Positions 1 to 11,700 of a stretch of 64,000 nucleotides of DNA are shown here, one piece after another; within the stretch, counting starts at the first letter, position 1; the number at the start of each line of letters is the position of its first letter. The DNA lies in NCBI RefSeq assembly GCF_000142905.1, contig NW_013657673.1, forward strand, positions 372,001 through 436,000. Reading direction: 5' to 3'. The DNA is from Thecamonas trahens ATCC 50062. Lineage: Eukaryota; Protista; Apusomonadida. A model generated the notes under the pieces. It did no database searches. It was not told the DNA's origin and saw only the letters and a list, made by a program, of their open reading frames with translations. The position numbers and the translations under genes were made by a program.

Positions 1-218
1 TGAGCCAGGTGTAGCCCACTGTCGTAGTTGTCGAGGGTGGGGCGGGGGGGGGGGGGGGGGAGGGTGGCGGGGTGGGGGCTGACGGCGCATTGGCCTACGG
101 GTGGCAGGATGGCATCTAGCACCGTGGGGGGATTCCAGAGAGGTATGCGGAGGGAGATGACTGGTTGGTGGAGGGATTGGAGGTGCTACGTTTATCAGAG
201 GTGATGATGATCAATCAA

Positions 219-1029
219 TCAGTACTTGCCCTCGCGCTTGTCCTGGCCAAACAGCGAGGCGTCGCCCCACGGGAAGGCGCGCTTGCGGCGCTCCTGGAAG
301 GCGTAGAGGGGAGCATCCGAGTGATGGTGGTCATGCGAGAAGTGACGCATGGCCACGTATGCGGTGACAACACCAAGCGCAGCAAGGCCGCCCTTGGAGT
401 ACATCTTCCACGCGGAAGCATGGTCTGCACCCTCGAGCCGCAACAGCCGAGCCGACCCCCCGCCAAGAACCACCGCCACACAACAAGCCCCAGGGTAAGT
501 AAACCACTTCAAACACCCTCACTGCATGTCGCCATCCACATGGCGTCCTCCTCTGCCGCCTGATGCCTTGGCCCTTGCCGATTCAGCCTCTCCGTCTCGC
601 GGCTGCTGCGTCATGGCCGCCAATGATCGCCCGGTGGGGTCGAGTTGGGTCGCACGCCGTGGCAGCCACTTCTGGAGAGCAATCCCATACAGAGCGCTAC
701 AACTTCCACTCGAGGTAACCATGGCTGTGTACTTTTCTTGTACGAGAGTAGGTACCACCTCCAGAAGCACACCTCGCGCTATCCCCATAGCAACACGTCG
801 GCGGGCGGGCTGGACGACTAATTTTTGGCCATCACACGCCACTTGGCCCTCGACCCACAGCCAAAGGAAAGCAGGTGGGGGAGGGGGAAGGGAGGGGGGG
901 AGGGAGGGAGGGGAGGGGGGGGGGAGGTGGGAAGGGAGAGGACAACGTACGAGCAGCCTCAGCGGCAGAGCCGGACATCATCCGGACGGCAGGGACGGCA
1001 GAAGCCGCAGCACGACGAACGAAAGCCAT
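219..1029 (-). CDS. COX6A: Cytochrome c oxidase subunit 6A (Cox13-like), two exons (1029-951, 424-219)
   Basis: Exon 1 MAFVRRAAASAVPAVRMMSGSAAEAA resembles a mitochondrial presequence and ends at a GTACGT donor (950). A TGCAG acceptor at 425 joins in frame (79+206 nt). Exon 2 has WK..TM helix..His-rich..Y....RKRAFPWGD.SLF, typical of COX6A. An extra middle exon cannot be excluded. Confidence 0.8.
660..848 (+). ncRNA. Candidate structured small RNA with Sm-site-like motif, antisense within the COX6A intron
   Basis: Inverted repeats at 669-677/759-767, 778-782/787-791, 796-799/813-816 and 827-831/844-848. AATTTTTGG at 820-828 lies between the last two hairpins. No match recognised to U1/U2/U4/U5 signature sequences. 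Confidence 0.3.
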
Positions 1030-1355
1030 TGTTGACAAGAGGGGGAGAAAAGTGCTGTTCGCGGAGGAGGGGTGGGGGAGGGGGGCGGTTTGAGAGCAAG
1101 CCGTGGCATGGCTAGAGCGCATCTGACAGGTTCAGCACAGCATTGGAGGTGATGATACTGGCGTAGTTGGATGCGGTTGATTTGTGCGGCAAGGCAAGCT
1201 TGGCCGATGGCATGTCTTGGGCCTTGGGCGCGCCAGGATGAGAAACGAGTCGCCGGCAGCAAGGGCGGCGCAAGGCGGGAGGCAGTCAGCGCGACGATCG
1301 GCAGACTCATGGCCGCATCATGGCCGCATCCGAAAGGACAGGCAAGAGCAGCTAG

Positions 1356-3049
1356 CTAAAGAAGAAACCACGAGATAATGGTGAACGGAGTGAGCCAGAG
1401 ATGGTGGAGGAGAAGCTTGGTCGCGATGACTGGGTAGCGGTCGTGGTCGAGGTACGAGTCCATGTACGTCTTCTCCCCATACACCCGGTGCGCTGCCTCT
1501 TGAACGATAAACGCGCCGATGACCAGCCCGGCAGCCTGCCAGAACTGCATGTAGTGGGCGAGGCTTCGCGATGGAAGGCAAAAGACAACAAGGAACGGGA
1601 CGACGACGATGACCGCAGAGAGGAACGCAACTTGAGGCGCATGCGCCTCGACAGTGTAGCGGACAACGAGAACGAGTCCAGCGATGACGGCTGCCGATCC
1701 AGACCGAGAGACGAGGCCAACAAGACCAAGAGCGCCCCCCATGCCCAGTGCCACAGTGGCCAGATGGACATAGACATTCCCGGCGTGGCGATGGAACTGC
1801 GTGTAGTCGGCGCCAAGTGCGGTAAAGCTCGCCCACGATGCCGCTTCGATATGGGCATCGGTGACCTTGAGCGCGAGCACAAGGCCACAGGCGACGACGT
1901 GACCGGCGACAAGCCCACTCCATTTGGCCTTGAACGTTGGCGAGAGAAGCAGGACAATCAAGCCAGCAACTGTGCCGGCGATCTCAGGGTGCGGGACATC
2001 GACATCGCCAGCACCTACCGCCGCCATTGCAAAGCCAGGGGCGGCGAGGAGCACCAGAAGACCATCGACCGCCGACGATGCAGTTGAAAGATACGCAAAT
2101 GCTAGCGCACTGGCAGAAAGCACGGTCAAGAAGAGCATGTCGCGGTGAAAAACGCCATCGTCCACATCGCGAAAGACAGCATTGAGCACCTGCACCATGT
2201 AGGGAAGGAACGCGACCGAGAGAACTGCGTCGTCGAGCACAGACAACAAACTCCCCCAGCAGCGGCACGAGCACGGAGGCCGAGCACAGCACATGCCATC
2301 GCGGCCAGCATGGCCAGATTGGAAATGCCCACGTGGGCTTCGGCCTGCGAGTAGACAATGGTCGCCCACGGGAGCGTGCCGACGAGCTGGTCGATGGCCA
2401 TGCTGGCGGCGCCGTAGAGGATGGCAGCGTGCTCGCCAAGCGGGCCCGGAGCTACAGCGACATGAAGGCGGACAAAGACATGCGGGGCGGCATCCGTCGT
2501 CACGCTAGAAGCAGTCTGCATCGCGACCAGCTCGCGGTGGTAGTCAAAGCAGATCATGTCGCCAGGAGCGAGTGCATGCACACCATCCGCATGACTGCGG
2601 AGCGGAAAGGCGACCTCCACACCTCCCTCTCCAGCCACTAGATACGGACACCGTAGCAGTGCGACGCCAGGCACAAAGCCCAGTAGGCCTTTGACAACGC
2701 CCGGTTGGCCCGGACCAGACAAGCGCTGTATAGCCAGATCGTTCATGCCATCGACATGAGCGATGTGAAAGGTGCCCGGCGGTGTGTGCTGAGCTACAGC
2801 ATCCAGCATCATCCGCGAAGTCTTCAGTCCCTTCAGCGCTCGGGCAGCATCAGACGAAGCCTCAGCTACCTCGTGGAAAGGGACGCTGCGAGCGAGGTTC
2901 CGGGTTGGCGACGCGACAGTGGCGAGATACCGAGCCAATAGCGGTGCATACTCTGCGTCCGACACTGGGCCCAGCAGCCCAGCAGCCACAGAGGGTAAAG
3001 TTAGAACGACAAACGCTGCCGCCGCAATGACGAGGCACAGATGCTTCAT
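1356..3049 (-). CDS. Multi-pass membrane protein with signal peptide and C-terminal Mpo1/DUF962-like His motifs; one frameshift near 2255
   Basis: ORFs 2126-3157 and 1356-2369 join by +1 G in a G5 run. N-terminus MKHLCLVIAAAAFVVLTL. C-terminal YTQFHRHAGNVYVHLATV and QEAAHRVYGEK resemble Mpo1/DUF962 motifs. Confidence 0.55.
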
Positions 3050-4247
3050 ACGAGAGAGTCCTTTGTCCCTCCTACCTCTCAAGTGCTCAAGCCCGAACAG
3101 CTGAGTCATCTCGCGGCTGGCGCCGACCCGATCACCAACACAGACAGACACATCCATATGTCACCACACGACTGGCATCGACTCCTGCGGGCACGTCATC
3201 GGACACGTCATCGACTACGACTTTTCGGGCAAGGCAGGCAAGGCGATTTCATCTGCGTCACTTTACGTCGGCGATGAGGCGCACCTTGCCGATGTCCATG
3301 CCTGTGGCGCACGACGCGTATGCGCTGAGCAAGCTCAGGGCATTGAAACAGCCAATGGTGTGATGGTGTGAGTGCAAGCGTGTGCGATGAGCCCGCACTT
3401 ACAGCCGCAGTGGTCGCGTCTAGCGATCTGATGCTAATGGAGTGCAACTTGTTGGGCCAGCAGCGACCAAGGAGTGTACAGCTGTGCAGAGCGGGGAAGG
3501 CTTTCGGCGAAGCATTAGTGATCACCGCTATTGACCGAAACGCACCCAGGTCAGCCCCCTCCACACATCCCACCCCGCCACAGCAATATCGAGCCGCTCC
3601 TCCCTGCATCATCCCCCTCACATTACCCTCTTTACCATTTCCAGAGCTTCTACCCCTTCATACGAGAGAGTCCTTTGTATCTGTCCATATCACCCCCTCA
3701 AGCCCGAACAGCTGAGTCATCTCGTGGCTGGCGCCGACCCGATCACCAACACAGACAGACACATCCATATGTCACCACACGACTGGCATCGACTCCTGCG
3801 GGCACGTCATCGGACACGTCATCGACTACGACTTTTCGGGCAAGGCAGGCAAGGCGATTTCATCTGCGTCACTTTACGTCGGCGATGAGGCGCACCTTGC
3901 CGATGTCCATGCCTGTGGCGCACGACGCGTATGCGCTGAGCAAGCTCAGGGCATGGTGTGAGTGCAAGCGTGTGCGATGAGCCCGCACTTACAGCCGCAG
4001 TGGTCGCGTCTAGCGATCTGATGCTAATGGAGTGCAACTTGTTGGGCCAGCAGCGACCAAGGAGTGTACAGCTGTGCAGAGCGGGGAAGGCTTTCGGCGA
4101 AGCATTAGTGATCACCGCTATTGACCGAAACGCACCCAGGTCAGCCCCCTCCACACATCCCACCCCGTCACAGCAATATCGAGCCGCTCCTCCCTGCATC
4201 ATCCCCCTCACATTACCCTCTTTACCATTTCCAGAGCTTCTACCCCT
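3044..4247. repeat. Tandem direct duplication (612-nt period) of the region between two divergent genes
   Basis: 3044-3657 is nearly identical to 3656-4247. Copy 2 lacks 21 nt and has a replaced patch at about 3676-3697. Confidence 0.95.
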
Positions 4248-4586
4248 CCCATCTCCCGATCATCTCCAATCTGTATCTGTCCATATCACCCCCCCCCCTT
4301 TCCTCCTGCCCAACTCCACGCGATCCCGAGTCCAAACCCTCATCCCCCTCCTTCCCCACACCACCCATCCACCCATCAACTACGCACTTGCCCTCCATGC
4401 CACCCATCTACCCTTACCTCCCTTTTTCTCTCCTTCATCTACATCCTTTCAACCGGTGATCATCCATCCACCCGATCTCCATCCCCCTCCCCCCCCCTCC
4501 CTCCCTCTGCTTCCAACTATCTTCACCAACGGACTTTGGCCCGACCCACGCCATTCCTCTTCACCACGAGCAGGCCGTTCTCTACC

Positions 4587-7500
4587 ATGGGCTGCGGCTC
4601 GTCAACCCAGGCACGGGCATCATCTGCATCGACCGCATCTGCATCTGCCAGAAAGAACAAACCAAAGTCAAAGGCCAAGGCCAAGGCCAAGCCCCGTCGT
4701 GGTCGTAAGGGTCTTCCGCCGGCATCTGTCTCGTCGGCTCCTCCCAAACTGGTGGACTCTGATGATGACCGCGATGGCTCGGATGACGTTGATGCTGGTC
4801 GCGGTGGTGATGGTGGTGAGATCGAAATGGACGAAGATGAAGAGGAGGCGCTGGTTGAAGAGGCCGAGGCTGAGGCTGATCTAATCTGTGCTCTTGCCCG
4901 CAAGATGACCACCGCCGTGTCGGGCAAGGGCCGCTTCTCTGTTTGCTACGCAAAGGGCTCGGCTGGGGCGTCCAAGGCAAAGGGTGGCGGGTCGCGGTCG
5001 CGGGGGGAAAGAGCTCGTCGTCACCGGTGCTGGTACCCATCGCTCTTGGCGATGGGGCCCCGCCGCTTGTCTTTGATGTTGCTGTGGCCAAGGAGGCGTA
5101 CTCGGCCACGCTTGCTCTCGTTCCCATCGCAGCCGAGGCTGCATATGATGTATACTGGCAGACGATGGTTTCTAGTAGCACTACATCAGCGCAGCTGGAG
5201 TACTCGCCGCAGAAGCGGCCGCTCCCTCCGCGCCGCACTCTCCGCGCGGTTCTGCTCGTCGGGCTCGACACCGTTGCTGTCGACGAGTCCACCGTCTTTG
5301 TCCCTGCTGCAGACACCTTCTTTCTCTCACCATCGCCATACCTCTTTGCCCACGGCCTCCGCCTCTCCAAGCCATCACCCATGCGCATAGACTGGTACGG
5401 CCCTGGTCCAGAGACGCCCGGCGCAGCTGCCGGCCTCTGGATCGGCCTTGTTCCTCAAGCAAAGGCACCCAAGCCAGGTGCCAGGTTTGCCCGGACAAAA
5501 GCAACGGTTGCTGCTGATCTTGTTCCTCCTCTAGACGGCGAAGAGCACGAGGAGCAGGAGGAGGAAGAGAGCGGGGGTACTCGTGCGCGGCGATCGAACC
5601 GTGGACGTGGTCGTGGTGGTGGCGGCCGCGGTCGTGGCCGCTCCTCCCGCACCAGAGGTGGAGGCGGTGCCGCAGCGTCGTCGTCAACAGCCGCTCCTGA
5701 AGCCAAGCCTGACGACAACGCTGACGACGCTGTGCCTGAGGGCATGGATCCACGGATCGGCTATTACGGCTCGCGTATGATTCCAACCGCTGCGCTCTCC
5801 GAGGGAGTGTACGTGGCCGTTGTCGGCGACAGCAGCGGCATGCTCCTTGCTGTCGCTGACAAGCCCGTCACGCTCGACACCATGTTCCGCGATGAGTCGC
5901 GAGAGGTCATCTTTGGTGATGTCGGCATCACTTCTGATGCCGTTGTCGCCGGCCTCTCGCACGACGGTGATACGTTTGACCACAACATGGAGCTTGATGG
6001 CTTGACCATCGAGGTTGTGACCAAGAAGGCGGGTGTTGTGGCCGCTGGCGAGGGGCTCTCGGTCACCTGGTCGTTCCCATCCGACTACACACTCGGGATG
6101 GAGATGCTCTACATCGCGCCAGTGGGCAAGGGCATGATGGGCACTGTCGCCGCTACCCAGATCACCAAAGCGTCTGGTTCGTACGAGATCGATGACTCGT
6201 ATGCTGGAGCAGTGTTCAAGCACGACGTCGTCTACGAGGCCTTTGTGGTCACCTCGACCGCTGTCCGTGGCCGCTCCGCTCCGTTCACTGCCAAGATGAT
6301 CGACGAGACTGCTGCCGCTGCCGCTGCTGCCGAACGTGCTGCCTCGGGCTGGTCCATTGCCATTGCCGACAGCAAGTCCAAGGTCCAGTACGGCGCCCCC
6401 CTCGTGTGTACCTGGTCCATCTCTACCGAAGAAGCCGAGGCCATGGCCATGACCCTTGCTGTTGCCGTTGTCGGCAAAACCGAGGCAGTCACCGACGGCT
6501 TACCGGGCCTCTCAGTCACGCTCGATCGCCAAGTCGGCGAGACAACCGGCACTGCCACTTTTCTCCGCTTCTGTGGCGGCTCCTCTCACCCGGCGCCCGC
6601 TATGGACTGGCGCTCCGTGACTCGTGGGGTGAGATCCTCGCCGAGGTCGAGTTTAAGGTCATCGACAAGGCTGGTCTCTCGTTCTCGATGGTGTCCGATG
6701 CGGCGTCGGACGCGTCCTGGCGCCTTGCATCCGGCTCGTACTACTCGGCCTTTTCCACCGTTCTCAAGTCTGCCAAGGCAGCAGGGACCCGCTACTCGGA
6801 CTCGTCGTTTATCTCGGGCGCGGCGTCGTCGCTCTGGCTCAACCCGGCCAAGCCACCGCCGGACGAGTACATCGCCCACCCGGAGCACGAGTGGGTCTCT
6901 CTCCTTGATGCCTACACCGCCACACTTGCTGGAGAAGACGCCCCCTGGCATCGACCCAGCTACCGTGTATCCTCCCGTCATCAACCGACGACTTTCCGTG
7001 CCCGATCGAGCAGGGTGGCATCGGCGACTGCTATCTCATCTCGTCGCTCAACGTCATGGCCTCAGCACGCCATGCCGACGCCATGCTCCGCGATCTTTTT
7101 GTGGGCTACGACATCATCATGGGCGCGTACGCGCTCTCGCTCTACCGATTTGGCATCCGCAAGCTGGTCACCATCGACGACCTTGTCCCGGCCACACCCT
7201 CAGGCAAGCCGCTCTTTGCCTGGGGCGAGGACCGCGGCCAGCTGTATGCACCGCTCATCGAGAAGGCGTACGCTGCCATGTACGGCTGCTACGAGGCCAT
7301 TGATGGCGGTCTCGAACGCTTTGCCATGATGGAGATGACCGGTGGCATGGCCATGGCCGTCCCGCTTCCGGCTGCGCTCACTCCTGGCGCGCTTGCCACA
7401 CTCTGGGACACGGTGCTGGCTGCCTTTGACTCTGGGGCGCTGCTTGCATGCTCACGAGCGCACGACGATCCCGAAAACTTTGATACTGATCCCGAGACCG

Positions 7501-8743
7501 GCATTGTGTACAACCATGCGTACGGCATTGTCAAGGCCGTCCAGCTCAAGAACAAGACCAAGACGCGTCTGCTGCAGATTCGCAATCCGCACGGCTCTGG
7601 CGAGTGGTCCGGTGCCTGGTCCGATGACTCGCCGCTGTGGACTGCCAAGCTCCGCGCCGCTGCAGGTGCTACCGAGTCCAAGGTCGACGACGGCCTGTTC
7701 TTCATGTCCATTGAGGACTTTGCCACCTACTTTACCGCCGTCGATGCCTGCTACCCCATCCCGGACGGCTGGGGCCACGCGTCGTTTGAGACACAGTGGA
7801 CGCTTGACAACGTCATGGCCAAGGATGGCATCGCGCCGCTCGACTCGTTCACGCCACTTGCCGATCTTGTCGAGGCCTCGGCTGAAGCTGAGGACGCGTG
7901 GTGGCACGCGCCGTCTGTCCGCATCACTGTCGCCTCGGAGACCGAAGTCATTGTCGCACTCTACCAGTCTGACATGGAGCTGTTTGTCGAAGCGTCGGAT
8001 CCATCGCATCCGGTCTACCGTAGAACTAACGATCTTGTCCACGCCGTCGGCATCCGCATCGAGACCCTCCGTCGTGGTGATACTCAGCCGCAATTTGCCG
8101 CCCCAGTGGAAGGTGACGACGACGACGACGACGAGGCCGGCTTCAACTTTGAGTTTGGCTCTCCGCCCATCAACACCACAACCCTCGTTGATCTAGCTCC
8201 CGCCACTGAGCCGCAGGTCTTTGTCCGCACTGTCCTGCCGAAGGGCGTCCACATTGTCTACGCCCGCTCGGTCCGTGCAGACATTCAGGGCTGGACTGTC
8301 GGCCATCTCCGGGTCTTTGCGCCCGATCTCTCGCTACTCACTCTCGACGTCAACGAGTGCTGCGAGATGCTCAACACCAAGTTCCGTGCCGTGAACCTTG
8401 ATCAGGTCATGGGCAAGGGCGGTGCCCACAAGCTTCCGCTCGCCACCATGGCCGAGCTTGATGTTTTGGCGATGATGACGGTGAGTCCAGCGAGTCCGGC
8501 GATGGCGATGGCGATGGCGATGGCGACGGAAAGGCCGAGGTAGGCCGCCGCGGTCGTGCACGTCGTCGTCGTGGTCGTGCACGTCGCCGGCGTGGTCGCG
8601 CACGTCGCCGTCGCGGTCGTGCACGGCGCCGTCGCGGTCGTGCACGGCGTCGTCGTGGTCGTGCACGGCGTCGTCGTGGTCGTGCACGGCGTCGTCGTGG
8701 TCGTGCACGGCGTCGTCGCGGAGCCGGCATCCGCCGTGAATGA
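4587..8743 (+). CDS. Large calpain-family (CysPc) cysteine protease with N-terminal MGCGSS acylation motif; frameshifts near 5005, 6560, 6963, 8465
   Basis: Catalytic triad motifs QGGIGDCYLISSL (about 7010-7050), NHAY and IRNPHGSGEWSGAWSD. Also LIEKAYA, DDGLFFMSIEDF and a domain-III-like region (VIVALYQSD). The stop is 8543 if the last frameshift is not real. Confidence 0.85.
8552..8719 (+). repeat. 8 x 21-nt tandem repeat encoding GRARRRR
   Basis: Unit ggtcgtgcacgNcgNcgNcgN. All unit-to-unit differences are synonymous in the Gly-Arg-Ala-Arg4 frame. Confidence 0.9.
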
Positions 8744-8777
8744 ATGAAAGCCGCAGTGCAGTGCTGTGTTAATACCC

Positions 8778-11700
8778 TCACTGCCAGTTGAGCGAGACTC
8801 GCTCGCCACACCACGCACAAGAGCCACCTCCGACCCGGATCCAAGCGTTCCACGCGTCGGCAGCGGCGAGCATGCCGCAGGCGTTGCAGGCCTTGCCCGA
8901 CGCGCCCGACGCGCCGACGGCCTCACCAGTCACGATGCACACGTCGGAGCCGGCATCGCCGCAGGCGGTGCACACGAGGCCACCAGCCCACTTGAACGCG
9001 CCGCACCGCGCGCACGGCGAGCCGTCCAGCTTGCCTTCAACCTCCTCCATGCCCTTTTCGATGACCCAGTTGCGGATGCGCTCGACTTCGGCGTGCGGGA
9101 CAAAGGCCGCCGACTCCTCCGGAATAAACAGGTCACGCGGGACGTCGGTCTCGTCAAACAGAGTGTCGCCGACCAACTCGCCGTCACGCATGGCGTCGGC
9201 AATGTCAACAAACCGGTTCCAGGCCACAAACGCGCTTGCCACTGAGCCGGCCTTGATTGCGGCCGCTCCAGCCTCGTAGAAGAGCCGATCCGCAGGCAGG
9301 ACGTGCGCGTAGCGGAGGAGCGCGAACGAGAGACGGACCAGAAGCTGCGAGGCGTCCCCCTGCCAGTCTCTGCCGCCGTGTCAAGCTGAATCTTGACCTT
9401 GAGCAGGTGCGCAAGGAGCAGATACTGCTCGAGGGCACCGGCTTCCTCGTCGACGCCTGGCCGACAGGCAGGCCCTGCCGGACCAGGGCGTAAAGGAAGG
9501 TCTTGAGTTCGCTCACTACATCGAGTTCCATCCCGCTGAGCACCTCCTTGGCCAGGCGGGCAAAGAGCGGCATGTGCTGGGCGAGCGCCAGAGGTGGATA
9601 CCGAGCGTACACCCGGACAGCCTCCACGAATCTGGACTCACTGCCAGACTCGAGCAGCTGCGAAACGTAGCGTGTGGTGTACCCGGTGAGCAGCTCTGGA
9701 TCGCGCAACGAGTCTGCAGTTGAGAGCACCCGCTCCCACTCGCCCTGCGAGGCAAGGACCTCCAGCCCGGCGCGAGTGTCGCCTTCAGCAAGCAGGCTCG
9801 ACGCGTCGCCGCGGTTGACGAGCCATGCTCGCTTCTCGGCCGCCACATAATCGGAAAAGCCTGGTGCGCGACGCGCGGCAAGGTCGACGGCGCGATCAAA
9901 CATTTCGGCAGACATGAGAACGTCGAGTGCCTCCTTGTACATCTCGACCTCGGCGTAGAGGTCGGCGGCAACCTGGACGCGACCCATGTCAACAAGCATG
10001 GTCGAGACCTTGGTCACGACCTCGGCCACGCGATCCGGCACAAACTTGATGGCCAGCGGGACAAGGTGTCGCTCCCAGGTCTCCTCCAGAAAGTCGTGGT
10101 CCGCCACCTCGTCGGGCGAGAGCCCGAGGTACGTGTCGATCGCCTTAGAGTACTCGCCCTGGTCAACCCAGACGGATGCCTGCTCGAGCACGCCTTCCTT
10201 CGACGCTGAGCCGGCAGACTGCAGCGACCGCTCATAGCGGGCCTGAACCTCACCGAGCTCGTGCGGGGTGTGGACGCGGGCAACGCGGAGAGCAGAGGGC
10301 CAGTCGCCGGCTTCGACAAACATCTCGATGGCTAGCTCTGGCCGCTCGACGCGAAGGTAGAGCTTTTCGGCGGCTTCGAGGTCGCCACGCTCGGCGGCGT
10401 CCTTGGCCTGCGCCACAAAAATATCCTTCATGGCCGACGGATCGTTCTCGCGCGCCACCCGGGTCGCCGCTGCCCAGTCGTGGGCGTGGGCGTACATGAG
10501 GATGGCCTCGCGCGGCCGGCCCGCCGCAATAAAGTGAGTCTCAGCCTCGGCGAGGTTGTTGGCATCTTCCAGCACGTATGCGCGCTTGATATGGACCTGG
10601 CCAAGAAGGGCTGGATGCCGGGCTGAGTGCTCGTGGGCAAGCTCGGTCGCCATCTCCCACTCGCCCGAGTCCATGGCGTAGGCCACCGCCGGCGGGGCCA
10701 GCCCAAGCTTGCCCACAATCGACGACGGCAGCTGCTCGGCCTTGATCCAGTAGTAGGCAATCTGGTTGGCGATGGCCTGCGGCGCGGCCTCGCGCGCGAC
10801 CCGGTAGGCGTCGTCCCACCGCGAAGCTGCGCGGTACATGTTGATTGCGGCCTTGGGATCTTGTCCGGCAAGGTAGTGCTTCTCGGCCTCGCCCAGCCGG
10901 CTCTCTGACTCGAGCTGCTGCGCCAAATGCAGGTGGGTGTCGAGGAGCAGGTCCTTGTGGAAGACCGAGACCAACCGGATCATGTCGTCGTACCGGGCGG
11001 CCTGCTTGTACATCTGGATGGCCGAGTCTGGCTCGTCAGCCTCGATGTACATGCGCTCGGCGTCGGCGAGCTTGCCTGCCGCGTGCAGCTTACCGGCCTG
11101 ATCCAAGTAGAGCGAGGCAAGCTCGCCGGGCTCGAGGTGGCCGGCGAGCCGCGAGACGTCGGCAAACCTCCCAGCGCGGGTGTACATCTCCACCACCGAC
11201 CGTGGCTGGTCACACCGCATGTACAGCGTCTCGGCCGACTCGTATTCGCCGACCTCGTCAAAGTGAGCCGCGAGTTTGAGCGCGTACCCTGTTGCCGAGT
11301 CGGCTGGCAGTGAGTTGAGCAGGGAGAGGGCCTTGGTGTAGAGCCGCGCCTTCATCGCCGCCTCGAGCGCCTTGACGTACGCACCTGCCTCGACGTAGTG
11401 GTTCACAGCCGAGTCGTAGTTCTTGGCGTTGACCAGGTAGTCACCCCACTCCTCCTCGAGCCCGGTCACCGAACCCGGGGTGACTCGCCGTGCGAGCGCC
11501 ACCGCGTTGCCGTACGCACCGCCCTGGCGGTAGGCATCAAGCGCGCGGTCTGACTTGCCGAGCCGCTCAAAGAACTCGCCGGCCTTGGAGTAGTTCCGCG
11601 AGTTGAACAACGCAGTCCCGATGCGCTCCAGCACGTCGGCCGAGACGTCGAGCCCACGCTCGGTGACCAGCGACGCGGCGCGGGCAGGCAGCGAGCCCTG

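Noticed and set aside
486-503. TACTTACCCTGG on the - strand resembles the U1 snRNA 5' end
   Set aside because: No U1 loop motifs or Sm site follow and it would run into COX6A exon 2; more likely a branch-point-like sequence or chance.
3208-4211. Duplicated 130-137 aa ORFs in the tandem repeat
   Set aside because: Non-ATG starts, no coding-like codon bias and no motifs; probably non-coding.
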